NCBI GenBank assembly: GCA_902569055.1
Contig: CACFSU010000002.1
Span: 29,922-93,921, forward strand
Direction of reading: 5' to 3'
From: an uncultured Pelagibacteraceae bacterium
GTDB taxonomy: Bacteria; Pseudomonadota; Alphaproteobacteria; Pelagibacterales; Pelagibacteraceae
DNA: 64,000 bases
The position numbers were made by a program, and so were the translations under genes. Below, in pieces: positions 17,457 through 29,945 of this stretch (position 1 is its first letter; every line of letters begins with the position of its first letter). The notes beneath the pieces were generated by a model, which saw only the letters and a list, made by a program, of their open reading frames with translations, searched no databases and was not told the DNA's origin.

Positions 17457-19228
17457 TAAACTCTTTCTTGTGGTGGAAAATATTGAACTTCATTAGTTAA
17501 CGTGTTTCTATGTACTGACCTATAATCAATTTTTATTTCCTGTCCATCAAACCATGAGAGTGTATGTTTCATATATTTTTCATCGTCTCTTTTAGGAAAA
17601 TCTTCCCTCGCATGTGCTCCTCTACTTTCTTTTCTAGAATAAGCAGAATTTATTGTTGTAATTGCTTGTCTTATCAAATTATCAAATTCTAAAGTTTCAA
17701 CTAAATCAGTATTAAAAATTAAAGATTTATCTTTCACAGATAAAGATCCCATTACATCATAAGTTTTTCTGATTTCATCAACACCTTCTTTGAGAGTTTT
17801 TTCTGATCTGAATACTGCACACTTTGATTGCATAGTTTTTTGCATGATAACTCTAAGCTCTGCAGTACTATTTGCTCCATTAGCATTTCTAAGTTTATCA
17901 AATCTTTCTAAACATTTTTCTGTTTCTGACTCTCCAACATTTTCATGAGGCATGTTTGATTTAACTAATTCAGAGGCCCGTTTTGCAGCTGCTCTACCAA
18001 ACACTACTAAATCAATTAAAGAATTTGATCCTAATCTATTAGCTCCATGCACTGAAACACAAGCGGCCTCACCAATTGCCATCAATCCGGGAACTGTTTT
18101 TTCTGACCCATTTAAAGTTAAAACCTCAGCTTTATAATTTGTTGGTATACCCCCCATATTATAATGAACTGTCGGAACTACGGGTATTGGTTCTTTAGTT
18201 ACATCAACATTAGCAAATAATCTTGATGATTCTGAAATTCCAGGGAGTCGTTCCTCAATTACCTTGGGATCTAAATGGCTTAAGTGTAAATGTACGTGAT
18301 CCTTTTCTTTTCCAACTCCTCTACCTTCATTAATTTCTACTGCTATTGATCTGCTAACTACATCACGAGAGGCTAAATCTTTAGCCTTAGGAGCATAACG
18401 TTCCATAAATTTTTCTCCTTTTGAATTAACTAAATACCCTCCTTCTCCTCTAACACCTTCCGAAATTAAGGTACCATGTCCATAAATTCCTGTTGGATGA
18501 AATTGAACGAATTCCATATCTTGCAAAGGTAAACCTGCGCGTAATATCATTGCATTTCCATCGCCGGTACATGTATGAGCTGAAGTAGCAGAATAATAAA
18601 TCTTACCGTAACCGCCAGTTGCAATTATCGTAATATGAGATCTAAATCTATGAATGGTGCCATCATTAAGGTTCCAAGCTATTAAACCTTTGCACTCACC
18701 ATTTTTCATAATTAAATCTAGTGCAAAGTATTCTATAAAAAATTTAGTATTATGTTTCAAAGCTTGTCCATAAAGAGTATGTAAAATTGCATGACCAGTT
18801 CTATCAGCAGCTGCACAAGTTCTTTGAACAGTGCCATTACCATAATTTTTTGTCATCCCACCAAAAGGTCTTTGATAAATTTTTCCATCTTCAGTTCTAC
18901 TAAAAGGAACACCATATTTTTCTAATTCAATAACTGCTTTCGGCGCTTCTTTACAAAGATATTCGATGCTATCTTGATCTCCTAACCAATCTGCTCCTTT
19001 AACTGTATCATACATATGCCAACGCCAATCATCCTCACCCATATTACCAAGTGCAGCTGAAATTCCTCCTTGAGCAGCTGAAGTATGGCTTCTAGTAGGA
19101 AAAACTTTTGATATACAAGCAGTTTTTAATCCAGCTTCACTTAAGCCCACTGCAGCTCTTAACCCTGAGCCTCCAGCTCCTAAAACTACTACATCATACT
19201 CGTGATCTATTATTTCGTAAGAACTCAT
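17453..19228 (-). CDS. sdhA: Succinate dehydrogenase flavoprotein
   Basis: [13 protein letters not shown]-His motif, [11 protein letters not shown]. Confidence 0.99.
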   Translation of the reverse strand: MSSYEIIDHEYDVVVLGAGGSGLRAAVGLSEAGLKTACISKVFPTRSHTSAAQGGISAALGNMGEDDWRWHMYDTVKGADWLGDQDSIEYLCKEAPKAVIELEKYGVPFSRTEDGKIYQRPFGGMTKNYGNGTVQRTCAAADRTGHAILHTLYGQALKHNTKFFIEYFALDLIMKNGECKGLIAWNLNDGTIHRFRSHITIIATGGYGKIYYSATSAHTCTGDGNAMILRAGLPLQDMEFVQFHPTGIYGHGTLISEGVRGEGGYLVNSKGEKFMERYAPKAKDLASRDVVSRSIAVEINEGRGVGKEKDHVHLHLSHLDPKVIEERLPGISESSRLFANVDVTKEPIPVVPTVHYNMGGIPTNYKAEVLTLNGSEKTVPGLMAIGEAACVSVHGANRLGSNSLIDLVVFGRAAAKRASELVKSNMPHENVGESETEKCLERFDKLRNANGANSTAELRVIMQKTMQSKCAVFRSEKTLKEGVDEIRKTYDVMGSLSVKDKSLIFNTDLVETLEFDNLIRQAITTINSAYSRKESRGAHAREDFPKRDDEKYMKHTLSWFDGQEIKIDYRSVHRNTLTNEVQYFPPQERVY

Positions 19229-19548
19229 AAGATAGATATTAATATAATCGTAATTAATGGAATTGCCACAGCAGAGATGTGTAAAAGTCTGTTTGCGACA
19301 TTTTTGATTTTGTGATTCATGATATAATCCTCAAAAACCTCGCTAATACTCAATGCTGAGAAAAAGTAAGCAACAACAATAAAAATACTGAATAAAAACT
19401 TAGATAACGAGTTTGTAAAAAAATTTACGACATTTAAATATTCTTGATCGTAAATTGATATTAAATTTAAAATAAACCATAACATCAAAGGTACCAATAT
19501 AACTCCGCTAATTTTTAAAAAAATCCATTTTTTAGTTGCTTTAATCAT
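19225..19548 (-). CDS. sdhD: Succinate dehydrogenase membrane anchor, small subunit
   Basis: three hydrophobic segments, quinone-site V.EDY motif, between sdhC and sdhA; heme His absent. Confidence 0.9.
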   Translation of the reverse strand: MIKATKKWIFLKISGVILVPLMLWFILNLISIYDQEYLNVVNFFTNSLSKFLFSIFIVVAYFFSALSISEVFEDYIMNHKIKNVANRLLHISAVAIPLITIILISIL

Positions 19549-19549
19549 T

Positions 19550-19933
19550 TTAAATAAAATTTTTTCCTACCAAATAAAAAACCACTGTTAAAATTATTGA
19601 TCCAAATATAACTAATAAACCTGATATTTTAGTGATTTTAAGTTCAAATCCATAACCTAGATCCATAATCAAGTGTCTTATTTCACTTAAAGCTTGGAAA
19701 GAGAAAGACCATGTAATTACTAAAATAATAAATTTACCTATTAATGAACTTAAGAAAGAATTTATCATTATGTATTGACTTTCCCCAAGAAGAAGAAGTG
19801 AAGCCCAAAAACAAATTAATGTTATTGAAATTATATTAATTATACTTGTTATTCTATGAGAGATGGATACTAAAGATGAAATATGCCATCTATAAATTTG
19901 AATATGAGGAGATAACGGTTCCTTATTTTCCAT
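19550..19933 (-). CDS. sdhC: Succinate dehydrogenase membrane anchor, cytochrome b556-type subunit
   Basis: PLSPHIQIY, SISHRIT, IRHLIMDLG; heme His absent. Confidence 0.95.
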   Translation of the reverse strand: MENKEPLSPHIQIYRWHISSLVSISHRITSIINIISITLICFWASLLLLGESQYIMINSFLSSLIGKFIILVITWSFSFQALSEIRHLIMDLGYGFELKITKISGLLVIFGSIILTVVFYLVGKNFI

Positions 19934-20930
19934 AGAAATTATTTTTAATCAAAGTTTCAGCTATTTCTACAGCATTCAAAGCCGCGCCTCTTAAAAGATT
20001 ATCTGAAACAATCCATAAATTTAATCCATTTTTAATTGTTTTATCCTCTCTTATTCTAGATATAAATGTTTCATCTTTTCCCTCTGCATCTATGGGAGTG
20101 TAATATCCACCATCAATTCTCTCATCAATTACTTTACATCCTTCAAAATTATTCAAAGCTTCTTTTACTTTCTCAAGAGAAAAAGGTTTTTCAAATTGCA
20201 CATTAACTGACTCTGAGTGTGAAATAGATATAGGTAATCTTACACATGTTGCTGTTAAATTAATTTTATCATCCAAAATTTTTTTAGTTTCATTATTCAT
20301 TTTTAATTCTTCTTTTGTATAACCATCCTCAGAAAATACATCAATATGTGGAATAGCATTAAAAGCTATTTGCTTTGTAAAATTTTTAGATTTAACTTTA
20401 TTACCTTCTAAAACCAATTTAGTTTGTTCAATTAATTCGTCCATAGGAGCTTTGCCTCCACCAGAAACAGATTGATAAGTAGAAACTACTACTCTTTTAA
20501 TAGTAAATAAATCATGTAAGGGTTTTAAAGCTATAACCAATTGTGCTGTTGAACAATTAGGATTGGCAATAATATTTTTTTTAATGTTATTTAAATCATC
20601 AGAATTTACTTGTGGAACAATCAAAGGAACATCTGGATCCATCCTAAAAAAACTAGAATTATCAATAACTAATGAATTTTTTGCAGCAATATTCGCAAAT
20701 CTTTCAGAAATTTTTCCACCTGCCGCAAAAAAAGTTATTTTTACTTTTGAAAAATCAAAATTTTCTAAGTCAAAAACCTCATAATCTTTGGTTCCAAATT
20801 TTATTTTTTTTCCAGCGCTTCTAGTTGATGCCACTAAAAATAAATTATCGATAGATAATTCTCTCTTTTCAAGAACCTCTAAAATTTTTCTACCAACATT
20901 TCCTGTTGCTCCTACTATTGCAATATTCAT
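19923..20930 (-). CDS. asd: Aspartate-semialdehyde dehydrogenase
   Basis: GATGNVG, IANPNCST, SDNLLRGAALNAV. Confidence 0.98.
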   Translation of the reverse strand: MNIAIVGATGNVGRKILEVLEKRELSIDNLFLVASTRSAGKKIKFGTKDYEVFDLENFDFSKVKITFFAAGGKISERFANIAAKNSLVIDNSSFFRMDPDVPLIVPQVNSDDLNNIKKNIIANPNCSTAQLVIALKPLHDLFTIKRVVVSTYQSVSGGGKAPMDELIEQTKLVLEGNKVKSKNFTKQIAFNAIPHIDVFSEDGYTKEELKMNNETKKILDDKINLTATCVRLPISISHSESVNVQFEKPFSLEKVKEALNNFEGCKVIDERIDGGYYTPIDAEGKDETFISRIREDKTIKNGLNLWIVSDNLLRGAALNAVEIAETLIKNNFYGK

Positions 20931-20945
20931 GATTTAAGTTTTATA

Positions 20946-22055
20946 CTAGATGAAAGGTAAATCGCAAACGTTTCCGGTACAAATATTATTATTTATCTCT
21001 GCTTTTACTATCTGTGATACTTCACAATATGGCTTTTTTATCATTGCTATTCCAATTACTTTTCCAAAATGTGGAGAATAACAGGCAGACCTTAATTCAC
21101 CAATAATATTGCTGCTTTCATCTTTTAAGTCTATGGATTTAGATAAACTAATTTCCTTAATGTCAAATTTTACTCCAACTAATTTTTTTTTAATACCTTC
21201 AGCTTTAATTTTTTTAAGTTTTTCCTTACCCAAAAAATTTATATCTGCGTCTAAATTAATAAATTTATCAAACCCACACTCAAAAGGATTGTCTCCATTA
21301 TCCATGTCATTTCCATATGATAATAAACCACTTTCTATTCTTTCTATTAAATTTGGACAACCTGGTCTAATATAAAATTCTTTTCCTATTTCAAATAAAC
21401 GATCATATAATTTTAAACCTGACTCAATATTCTCAACATATATTTCATAACCTCCTTGTTTCGACCAACCTGATTTAGCAATTAAATGTTTTGCTCCTTC
21501 AAAATCAAAATAATCAAAATCAAAAAACTTTAGTTCTGTAATTTTTTTACCAAATACTTTTTCCATTAGGCCAAATGATTTTGGTCCTTGGACAGCCATT
21601 ATATCAACATTTGGCTCTAATATCTTAACTTCAAATTTATTTCCAATTGCTAATCCTTTAGCAAATAAAATTACATCTGAGTCAGCAATAGAAATCCACC
21701 ATTTATTTTCATTGATCCTTAAAACTATTGGATCATTAATTATGCCAGCTTCATCATCTAAAATTGGACAATAATAACACCTTCCATCTTTTGATTTAGA
21801 TAAATCTCTACAAGTCATTAGCTGAACTAATTTTGAAGAATCTTTTCCAGAAATTTCAACTTGTCTTTCTCCTGCTACATCCCATATCTGAACATTTTTT
21901 TTTAAATGATGATATGATTCTTCTAAAGACCCAAATGCTGCTGGTAACAACATATGGTTATAAACTGTATAGGCTGTAACACCTTGTTTTTCTATTCTAG
22001 AAGTGTACGGTGTAGCTCTAAGCCTTCTTGATTTAGCAATTGAAAAATTTTTCAT
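20946..22055 (-). CDS. dmdA: Dimethylsulfoniopropionate demethylase (GcvT-like)
   Basis: [51 protein letters not shown] typical of SAR11 DmdA. Confidence 0.95.
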   Translation of the reverse strand: MKNFSIAKSRRLRATPYTSRIEKQGVTAYTVYNHMLLPAAFGSLEESYHHLKKNVQIWDVAGERQVEISGKDSSKLVQLMTCRDLSKSKDGRCYYCPILDDEAGIINDPIVLRINENKWWISIADSDVILFAKGLAIGNKFEVKILEPNVDIMAVQGPKSFGLMEKVFGKKITELKFFDFDYFDFEGAKHLIAKSGWSKQGGYEIYVENIESGLKLYDRLFEIGKEFYIRPGCPNLIERIESGLLSYGNDMDNGDNPFECGFDKFINLDADINFLGKEKLKKIKAEGIKKKLVGVKFDIKEISLSKSIDLKDESSNIIGELRSACYSPHFGKVIGIAMIKKPYCEVSQIVKAEINNNICTGNVCDLPFI

Positions 22056-22828
22056 TTTTTTAAAAATTCTAAAACCTTTTCTCTCATTTCAAATGCTTTT
22101 TCAATCATAATCATATGTCCACATCCATCAATAATATGAGTGGTCGAATTTTTTAGTAAGTTTGAAAATTTTTTTCCAAATTCTAAGTTAACCATTTTGT
22201 CTAGCTCACCTAAAACTAACATGACTGGACAACTTATCGCTTTAGCAGCCTCATAACCATTGGAGTAATTATTACATGCAACAAGATCTACTGCTAAAAT
22301 TTCACTTATATCTCTTGAAGATTGAATAATTCTTTCTATAGGATTTCCTCCAATGAATTTTTTAGAACCTTCATAACCCCACTTCATCATTAATTTAACC
22401 GCTTCAGAATCTCCATTACATGCTAAATCTATTAAATTTTTATTTACAGGCATTTGATATGATCCTCCAATTAAAACTATTTTCTTTAATCTTTTTTTAT
22501 ATTTAAAAGAATATTCTAGAGCTTCTAAACAGCCTTGAGAATGGCCTATTATTATTAGATCTTTTAAATTTAATTTTTCAAATACTTTTTCTAACCATTC
22601 TGTAATTTTTTCAATACTATCTAGGCAAGGCCCTTCAGAATTTCCGTGACCAGGTAAATCAACAGAAAGAACATTAAAATTTTTACTTGAAAAAAATTGT
22701 TCTGTTAAAGACCAAACTATATGGGAAAGACCACTTCCATGAAGAAATACTATTGTATCTTTGGAACTATCAATACCTTGTCCAGCATCAGATGCGTGAA
22801 CACTTTTGTTTTCTATATCAATTATCAA
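22052..22828 (-). CDS. Alpha/beta fold hydrolase inside the dmd cluster
   Basis: FLHGSG, DLPGHG, nucleophile elbow GHSQG, C-terminal GCGH. Confidence 0.9.
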   Translation of the reverse strand: MIIDIENKSVHASDAGQGIDSSKDTIVFLHGSGLSHIVWSLTEQFFSSKNFNVLSVDLPGHGNSEGPCLDSIEKITEWLEKVFEKLNLKDLIIIGHSQGCLEALEYSFKYKKRLKKIVLIGGSYQMPVNKNLIDLACNGDSEAVKLMMKWGYEGSKKFIGGNPIERIIQSSRDISEILAVDLVACNNYSNGYEAAKAISCPVMLVLGELDKMVNLEFGKKFSNLLKNSTTHIIDGCGHMIMIEKAFEMREKVLEFLKK

Positions 22829-22836
22829 TTAATTAC

Positions 22837-24453
22837 CTAAAATTTTTTTCTTAATTCAAATTTTTGAATTTTACCTGTTGAAGTTTTTGGCAATTCACAG
22901 AAAACTACTTGTTTTGGAACTTTAAAACCTGCTAATGTCTCCTTACAAAAATCAATTAATTCTTTTTCAGTTGTAGGCTTATCCTTAACCATCTCAATAA
23001 ATGCACAAGGTACCTCTCCCCATTTTTCATCAGGTTTAGCAACTACTGCAGCAATTGATACTGAAGGATGTTTGGATAAAGTATTTTCTATCTCGATTGA
23101 AGAAATATTTTCCCCTCCCGAAATAATTATATCTTTGGATCTATCCTGTATTTTTATATATCCATCTGGATATATTACCGCTAAGTCTCCAGAATGAAAC
23201 CATCCACCAGCCATAGCTTTCTCTGTTGCATCTTTGTCCTTAAAATACCCTTTCATAACTACATTTCCTCTAAGCATAATCTCGCCAATAGTTTTTCCAT
23301 TCTTAGGTACTTCTTTCATAGTTTCAGGATCCATAATAGTTGCACCCTCTAGATTTGGATACCTAACCCCTTGTCTTGCTTTAATTTCATTCTGCTTATC
23401 TTCATCAAAATCATTCCAATCATCATTCCAAGCACATTGGGTAACATGGCCATAGGTTTCTGTTAAACCATAAACATGCATTACCTCAAAACCAAGCTCT
23501 TTCATCTTTTTAAAAATTATACTTGGTGGAGGCGCTCCTGCAGTAAGCACATAAACTTTATGTTTTAATTTTTTTCGGTCACTTTCTGCAGAACCTGTTA
23601 TCATATTTAATACAATAGGCGCGCCTCCAAAATGAGTAACTTTGTATTTATCTATTAATTCAAAGATTTTTTTAATATCTATGTTCCTTAAACAAATAGT
23701 TCTTCCATTCAACATTGGAACCGTCCAAGGATAACACCAGCCATTACAGTGAAACATTGGAACAACTGTTAAAAAATTTAATCTATTAGGCATATTCCAC
23801 GCAACTGCACTACCAGTTGACATTAAATATGACCCCCTATGATGATAAACAACACCCTTGGGATTTCCAGTTGTTCCTGATGTATAGCTTAGTGATATTG
23901 CTTGCCATTCATCTTCTGGCATTTTCCAAATAAAACTATTATCACCCGTGTTAAGGAAACTTTCATATTCTAGATCACCAATTTTTTCTAATTTTGACTG
24001 ATCTGCGAATTTATCATGAATATCAATTACTATAATTTTTTTGTCTAACTTGCTTAATGCTTTTTTTACTTCTATATGAAGTTGTCTATCTACAACTAAT
24101 ACTTTTGCATCACTATGCTTTAAAATATATGAGATAGTATTAGCGTCTAATCTTATATTAATTGTATTCAAAACAGCACCTGTCATAGGAACAGAGTAAT
24201 GAGCCTCAAAAATTTCTGGGGTATTAAAAGCTAAAAACGAAACAGTGTCACCTTTGCCAATACCAATTTTTTCTAATGCACTAGCAAATTTAGTGGTTCT
24301 TTTATAAACTTCACTCCAAGTATATTTTCGATCTTCATAAACTATCGCTTCATAATTTGGATAAACTTCTTTTGCCCTCTCTAAAAAAGATAAAGGTGTT
24401 AATGGAATATAATTTGCCCTATTTTTATCTAAATTAATCTCGTAAGGATTCAT
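22837..24453 (-). CDS. dmdB: Acyl-CoA synthetase, probable 3-methylmercaptopropionate-CoA ligase
   Basis: YTSGTTGNPKG, YGLTE, LPKTSTGKIQK; adjacent to dmdA. Confidence 0.85.
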   Translation of the reverse strand: MNPYEINLDKNRANYIPLTPLSFLERAKEVYPNYEAIVYEDRKYTWSEVYKRTTKFASALEKIGIGKGDTVSFLAFNTPEIFEAHYSVPMTGAVLNTINIRLDANTISYILKHSDAKVLVVDRQLHIEVKKALSKLDKKIIVIDIHDKFADQSKLEKIGDLEYESFLNTGDNSFIWKMPEDEWQAISLSYTSGTTGNPKGVVYHHRGSYLMSTGSAVAWNMPNRLNFLTVVPMFHCNGWCYPWTVPMLNGRTICLRNIDIKKIFELIDKYKVTHFGGAPIVLNMITGSAESDRKKLKHKVYVLTAGAPPPSIIFKKMKELGFEVMHVYGLTETYGHVTQCAWNDDWNDFDEDKQNEIKARQGVRYPNLEGATIMDPETMKEVPKNGKTIGEIMLRGNVVMKGYFKDKDATEKAMAGGWFHSGDLAVIYPDGYIKIQDRSKDIIISGGENISSIEIENTLSKHPSVSIAAVVAKPDEKWGEVPCAFIEMVKDKPTTEKELIDFCKETLAGFKVPKQVVFCELPKTSTGKIQKFELRKKF

Positions 24454-24454
24454 A

Positions 24455-26218
24455 TTAATTAAATTTAAAATTCATTATACTTGAACTTCCAGAAATAGCT
24501 GATTTATAATGTTGTTCTGCTCTCGGTAAAACTTTATCGAAATAAAATTTTGCGGTGTTTATTTTATCATCATAAAAGTTTGAGTTCTCATTGTAATTTT
24601 TAAAACTTACATCTAAAACTTTAATCCAAGCATATGCAACTGCTACGAATCCAAGTGTCTTTAAATAATCATTTGCTGCTGCACTAACATCATCTTTATC
24701 TGTTTTTATTTTTTCATTTATCCATTCACTGAACTTAGTTAAAATGTTAAAATAATTAGAAAAATCCTTAGTAAATGGCTTAATTTTTTCATTATCTAAA
24801 TTTGTTTCAGATTTTATTAAATCTAAAAATTTATTAATTATATTTCCATTTTTATTTGATAATTTTCTAAAAACTAAATCAGCTGCTTGTACTGAGTTTG
24901 TCCCCTCATAAATTGGAGTTATTCTATTATCTCTGAATAATTGTTCTATTCCCTGATCTTTTGTATAACCATATCCCCCATGAATTTGCATTGCATCATT
25001 GGTGATTTCCATGCCTAAGTCCGTAAATAATGATTTTACTACTGGGGTCATTAAAGAAACAAAATCTGATGCTTCCAGACGAATTTTTTCATCTGGATGA
25101 TATAAACTAACTTCAGTTTGTTGAGATAACCAAAAACATAATGCTCTCTCACCTTCTATTATCGATTTCATATTCAATAATGATCTTCTAATATCAGCAT
25201 GTTCAATTATGAAGTCTGCACCATTAGATGATTTAGTGTTGTTAGTTTTGCCTTGTTTTCTCTCTTTAGCATAAGCAAGCGAATTTTGATAAGCAATTTC
25301 TGAAATTCCTAAACCTTGGATGCCAACAACTATTCTTTCAAGATTCATCATTGTAAACATTGCATTTAAACCTTTATCTTTTTTACCAATCATGTATCCA
25401 GTCGCTTCATCAAAATTTAATACACAAGTTGCAGAACCTTTTATCCCCATCTTGCTCTCAATAGATCCTGTTGAGATTCCATTTCTTGGACCGACAGTTC
25501 CATCTTCATTTAATTTAAATTTAGGAACTAAAAATAAACTTATACCTTTAGTCCCTGATGGAGAATCTGTTGCTCTAGCAATTACTAAATGAATAATATT
25601 TTCTGTAAGATCTTGATCTCCAGATGTAATAAATATTTTTTGACCACTAATTTTATATGTTCCATCACTTTGTTTTTCAGCTTTTGTTTTTAAAAGTCCT
25701 AAATCTGTTCCACAAATAGGTTCTGTTAAACACATCGTGCCACTCCATTTGCCTTCAACTATTTTTGGTAAATACATATTCTTAATTTCATCTGAGGCAT
25801 GGTGATTAATACAATTATAGGCACCAATACTAAGTTCACTATAAAGTTTAAATGACAAACTCGCAGAAGAAAGCATTTCATCAAAAAAAGCACTAACTGT
25901 CTTTGGCATCCCTTGACCGCCATATTTAGGATCACAAGATAATGAGGTCCAACCATCCTCAATATATTTCTGATAAGCTTCTTTATATCCTGGAGGAGTT
26001 CTAACTACTCCATTTTCTAAAACCGCAGGATTCTCATCCCCAACTTTTGCAAGCGGTAAAATTAAATTTTGATTTATTTTTGCTGCTTCTTCTAAAATAT
26101 CTTTAACAAGATCTGGACTGACTTCTTTATATTTATCTAATTCATTATAATTTTTATTATCCCTTAATTTTTCATAAAGAAACATCATATCTTCTATAGG
26201 AGCAATATAGCTTGGCAT
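24455..26218 (-). CDS. dmdC: Acyl-CoA dehydrogenase, probable MMPA-CoA dehydrogenase
   Basis: GTMCLTEP, GQKIFITSG, QIHGGYGY, PIYEGTN; dmd context. Confidence 0.85.
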   Translation of the reverse strand: MPSYIAPIEDMMFLYEKLRDNKNYNELDKYKEVSPDLVKDILEEAAKINQNLILPLAKVGDENPAVLENGVVRTPPGYKEAYQKYIEDGWTSLSCDPKYGGQGMPKTVSAFFDEMLSSASLSFKLYSELSIGAYNCINHHASDEIKNMYLPKIVEGKWSGTMCLTEPICGTDLGLLKTKAEKQSDGTYKISGQKIFITSGDQDLTENIIHLVIARATDSPSGTKGISLFLVPKFKLNEDGTVGPRNGISTGSIESKMGIKGSATCVLNFDEATGYMIGKKDKGLNAMFTMMNLERIVVGIQGLGISEIAYQNSLAYAKERKQGKTNNTKSSNGADFIIEHADIRRSLLNMKSIIEGERALCFWLSQQTEVSLYHPDEKIRLEASDFVSLMTPVVKSLFTDLGMEITNDAMQIHGGYGYTKDQGIEQLFRDNRITPIYEGTNSVQAADLVFRKLSNKNGNIINKFLDLIKSETNLDNEKIKPFTKDFSNYFNILTKFSEWINEKIKTDKDDVSAAANDYLKTLGFVAVAYAWIKVLDVSFKNYNENSNFYDDKINTAKFYFDKVLPRAEQHYKSAISGSSSIMNFKFN

Positions 26219-26244
26219 AAAAATAGTTTAGGATAATTAGAAGA

Positions 26245-27351
26245 TTATTGCAATTTTGAAATTATAGCATCGCCCATTTGAGAAGTTGAAACTTCTTTCA
26301 TTCCTTCTGATAGAATATCTTTTGTTCTATAACCATCATTTAGTACATCTTGTACAGCTTTTTCTAAATCTTCCGCCTCTTTATCCAGATCCAAGGAATA
26401 TCTTAAAGCCATAGCAAAACTTAATATAGTAGCTATAGGATTTGAGATTCCTTTACCAGCTATATCTGGAGCTGAACCATGAATAGGTTCATACATGGCT
26501 CTCATTTCACCGTCTTTATTTTTTGCACCTAAAGATGCAGAAGGTAATAAACCTAAAGACCCTGTAAGCATTGATGCTTGATCAGATAGCATATCTCCAA
26601 ATAAATTATCTGTTACAATTACATCGAATTGTTTAGGATTTCTTAATAACTGCATTGCACAATTGTCAGCAAGCATATGGCTTAATTCTACATCTTTATA
26701 TTCTTTATCATGTAAAGCTTGAACTTCTTCTTTCCATAACTGTCCAGCTTCCATTACATTTGATTTTTCACAAGATGTAACTTTATTTGATCTTTTTTTT
26801 GCTAAATCAAATGCAATTTTTGCTACTCTAATTATTTCACTACTAGTATAAGTATGAGTATTAATTCCTTTTCTTTCACCATTTTCAATAGGTTTTATAC
26901 CTCTTGGTTCACCAAAATATATTCCACCAGTTAATTCTCTAACAATCATAATATCTAAATCTGAAACAATTTCTGGTTTTAACGTTGATGCATCAACTAG
27001 TTGTTTAAAACATATTGCTGGTCTTAAGTTTGCAAATAATTTTAATTCTTTTCTAAGCTTTAATAATGCTCTTTCAGGTTTTTTTGAAAATTCTACATTA
27101 TCCCATTTTGGTCCGCCGACTGCACCAAGTATAACTAAAGTACTTTCTAGCGCTTTATAAAACACTTCATCAGTTATAGGTATCCCATATTTATCATAAG
27201 AACAGCCTCCAGCTAAATCTTCATCAATTTCAAAATCTAAAGATTTCTTATCATTAAACCAATTAATTATTTTTTTTACTTCCCCAATAACTTCTGGACC
27301 AATCCCATCTCCAGGTAATAATAATATTTTTCTTTTTTTTACTTTAATCAT
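26245..27351 (-). CDS. leuB: 3-isopropylmalate dehydrogenase
   Basis: [30 protein letters not shown]. Confidence 0.98.
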   Translation of the reverse strand: MIKVKKRKILLLPGDGIGPEVIGEVKKIINWFNDKKSLDFEIDEDLAGGCSYDKYGIPITDEVFYKALESTLVILGAVGGPKWDNVEFSKKPERALLKLRKELKLFANLRPAICFKQLVDASTLKPEIVSDLDIMIVRELTGGIYFGEPRGIKPIENGERKGINTHTYTSSEIIRVAKIAFDLAKKRSNKVTSCEKSNVMEAGQLWKEEVQALHDKEYKDVELSHMLADNCAMQLLRNPKQFDVIVTDNLFGDMLSDQASMLTGSLGLLPSASLGAKNKDGEMRAMYEPIHGSAPDIAGKGISNPIATILSFAMALRYSLDLDKEAEDLEKAVQDVLNDGYRTKDILSEGMKEVSTSQMGDAIISKLQ

Positions 27352-27949
27352 TAAAAATCCAAGGCTTTTTATTTTTTAAATTTTTTTCAAAACTTTCGAT
27401 TTTATCTGATTTTTTTAATGATAATGCAATATCATCTAATCCTTCTAATAGGCATTTTCTTTTAAATGAGTCTATTTTAAATTTAATCTCATTATTTCCA
27501 TAAATAATCTTTTCTACCTTAAGATCTACTGAAATTTTCTCTTTTCTGTTGGCATATTCTGATAACTCTTTGATCTTTTCTTGATCGAGTATAATAGGCA
27601 AGATGCCATTTTTAAAACAATTACTATAAAAAATATCTGCAAAACTTGGACTAATTACACAAGTAATACCAAAATCTAACAATGCCCATGGAGCATGTTC
27701 TCTTGAGGAACCACATCCAAAATTCTTTCCGGTTATCAAAATTTTAGAATTATTAAATGGATTTTGATTTAAAATAAAATCACTTAATTCTTTACCTTTA
27801 TCATCATATCTCATTTCAAAAAATAAGTTTTTGCCTAACCCCGTTCTTTTTATAGTTTTTAAAAATTGTTTAGGAATAATCATATCTGTATCTACATTTA
27901 CTATTGGTAGATATGCTGGAACACTTTTTAATATATTAAATTTTTGCAT
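27344..27949 (-). CDS. leuD: 3-isopropylmalate dehydratase small subunit (start moved to MQKF)
   Basis: [28 protein letters not shown]. Confidence 0.97.
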   Translation of the reverse strand: MQKFNILKSVPAYLPIVNVDTDMIIPKQFLKTIKRTGLGKNLFFEMRYDDKGKELSDFILNQNPFNNSKILITGKNFGCGSSREHAPWALLDFGITCVISPSFADIFYSNCFKNGILPIILDQEKIKELSEYANRKEKISVDLKVEKIIYGNNEIKFKIDSFKRKCLLEGLDDIALSLKKSDKIESFEKNLKNKKPWIFND

Positions 27950-27950
27950 A

Positions 27951-29354
27951 TTAATTTTGATACTTTCTAACATCATCAAGGTTTCCAGATATAGCTGCAG
28001 CTGCAGCCATACCAGGACTTACCAAGTGTGTTCTTCCACCTCTGCCTTGTCTTCCTTCAAAATTTCTGTTTGATGTTGAAGCGCATCTCTCCTCAGGTTT
28101 CAATTTATCAGCATTCATGGCCAAGCACATTGAACAGCCTGGCTCTCTCCATTCAAAACCTGAATTAATAAAAATTTTATCTAATCCTTCTTGTTCTGCT
28201 TGTTGTTTTACTAATCCTGATCCAGGAACAACCATAGCATGAACATGAGAAGCTATTTTCTTATCTTTTAAAATTTTTGCAGCCTCCCTTAAGTCCTCTA
28301 TCCTTCCATTTGTACAACTTCCTATAAAAACTTTATCTATTTTGATATCTTTAGCGGGCGTATTTGGCTTTAAACCCATATAATTTAATGCTCTTTCTAA
28401 AGAATTTTTTTTATCTTGGTCTTTTTCATTTTGAGGATTTGGAACTTTTTCATCAATTGTAATTACATCTTGTGGGGATGTTCCCCAAGTTATCATAGGT
28501 AAAATTTCATCGGCTTTTAAATTTATCTCCTTATCAAATTTAGCCTCATTGTCTGTTTTTAAACTTTTCCAATATTCTATAGCCTCATCCCAATTTTTTC
28601 CTTTTGGTGACATTGGCTTGCTCTCTAAATATTTAAAAATTTTTTCATCTGGTGCAATCAATCCTGCTCTAGCACCACCTTCGATAGTCATATTACAAAT
28701 TGTCATTCTTTGCTCTACGCTTAATGATCTAATTAAATCACCCGCGTACTCTATTACAAATCCTGTTCCCCCAGCGGTGCCTATTTTTCCAATTATTTGA
28801 AGAATTACATCTTTTGATGTAACTCCTAGTGGAAGTTTGCCTTCTACATTTATTCTAAAATTTTTTGCTTTTTTTTGAACTAATGTTTGAGTTGCTAAAA
28901 CATGCTCAACTTCTGAAGTTCCAATTCCAAATGCTAAAGCACCAAATGCACCATGCGTTGCCGTATGACTATCACCACAAACAATTACTGTGCCTGGTTG
29001 AGTAAAACCTTGCTCTGGTCCAATAATATGAACTATGCCTTGTCTTTTGTCGTCCATTCCGAATAACTGAACATGAAATTCTTTACAATTGGATTCTAAA
29101 GTATCAACTTGAATTTTAGATTCTTTATCTGAAATACCCTTGGACCTATCAGTTGTCGGGACATTATGATCTGCTACTGCTAGAGTTAATTTTGGATGTC
29201 TAACTTTACGATTGGAGTTCCTAAGTCCTTCAAAAGCTTGTGGGCTAGTTACTTCGTGAATCAAATGTCTATCAACAAATAACAAGGCTGTACCATCATC
29301 TTGTTGATCCACTAAGTGATCATTCCAAATTTTATCGTAAAGAGTATTGGGCAT
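27951..29354 (-). CDS. leuC: 3-isopropylmalate dehydratase large subunit
   Basis: [31 protein letters not shown]. Confidence 0.99.
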   Translation of the reverse strand: MPNTLYDKIWNDHLVDQQDDGTALLFVDRHLIHEVTSPQAFEGLRNSNRKVRHPKLTLAVADHNVPTTDRSKGISDKESKIQVDTLESNCKEFHVQLFGMDDKRQGIVHIIGPEQGFTQPGTVIVCGDSHTATHGAFGALAFGIGTSEVEHVLATQTLVQKKAKNFRINVEGKLPLGVTSKDVILQIIGKIGTAGGTGFVIEYAGDLIRSLSVEQRMTICNMTIEGGARAGLIAPDEKIFKYLESKPMSPKGKNWDEAIEYWKSLKTDNEAKFDKEINLKADEILPMITWGTSPQDVITIDEKVPNPQNEKDQDKKNSLERALNYMGLKPNTPAKDIKIDKVFIGSCTNGRIEDLREAAKILKDKKIASHVHAMVVPGSGLVKQQAEQEGLDKIFINSGFEWREPGCSMCLAMNADKLKPEERCASTSNRNFEGRQGRGGRTHLVSPGMAAAAAISGNLDDVRKYQN

Positions 29355-29365
29355 TGAAAAAAAAA

Positions 29366-29929
29366 TTATTTTTTTTCTGGTGTACTTTCAAGTTTTTTTT
29401 TTGTTTTAATTTCAGATTTATCAGCTTCTTTATTCTTTTCTTCTTTCGTAACTTTAGCCATAGGTATACTATCTACCTTGAGAGTCTCTTCTTTAGAAGA
29501 TTCCACAGGAGGGGCTACATTTTCCTCTGTCACAATTTCTGGTTTTGTATCAATTTCTATTCCTATTTTTTTTCTTATTTTTTCAACAATTCTTGCTGAT
29601 TTACCAGTTCTATCTCTTAAATAATAAAGTTTAGCTCTTCTTACTTGTCCAGATCTAATTACTTTAATAGAATCTATTACAGGACCATATAATGGGAAAG
29701 TTCTTTCAACACCTTCTCCAAAAGAAATTTTTCTTACAGTAAAAGATGAGTTTATATCTCTACTTTTTTTTGCAATACAAACTCCTTCAAAGTATTGAAT
29801 TCTTTCTTTTTTACCTTCTGTAATTCTAACACCAACTTTAACAACATCTCCAGGGAAAAAATCAGGAATTTTTTTCTCTGAAAGAATTTTTTTAATATTA
29901 TTTTTATTTATTTCTTCTATTGTTTTCAT
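29366..29929 (-). CDS. rplS: 50S ribosomal protein L19 with charged C-terminal extension (start moved to MKTIEE)
   Basis: [35 protein letters not shown]. Confidence 0.97.
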   Translation of the reverse strand: MKTIEEINKNNIKKILSEKKIPDFFPGDVVKVGVRITEGKKERIQYFEGVCIAKKSRDINSSFTVRKISFGEGVERTFPLYGPVIDSIKVIRSGQVRRAKLYYLRDRTGKSARIVEKIRKKIGIEIDTKPEIVTEENVAPPVESSKEETLKVDSIPMAKVTKEEKNKEADKSEIKTKKKLESTPEKK

Positions 29930-29945
29930 TTTAATATTTAACAAA

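Noticed and set aside
20946-22055. GcvT glycine cleavage T protein
   Set aside because: No gcvH/gcvP nearby; sequence and neighbours match DmdA
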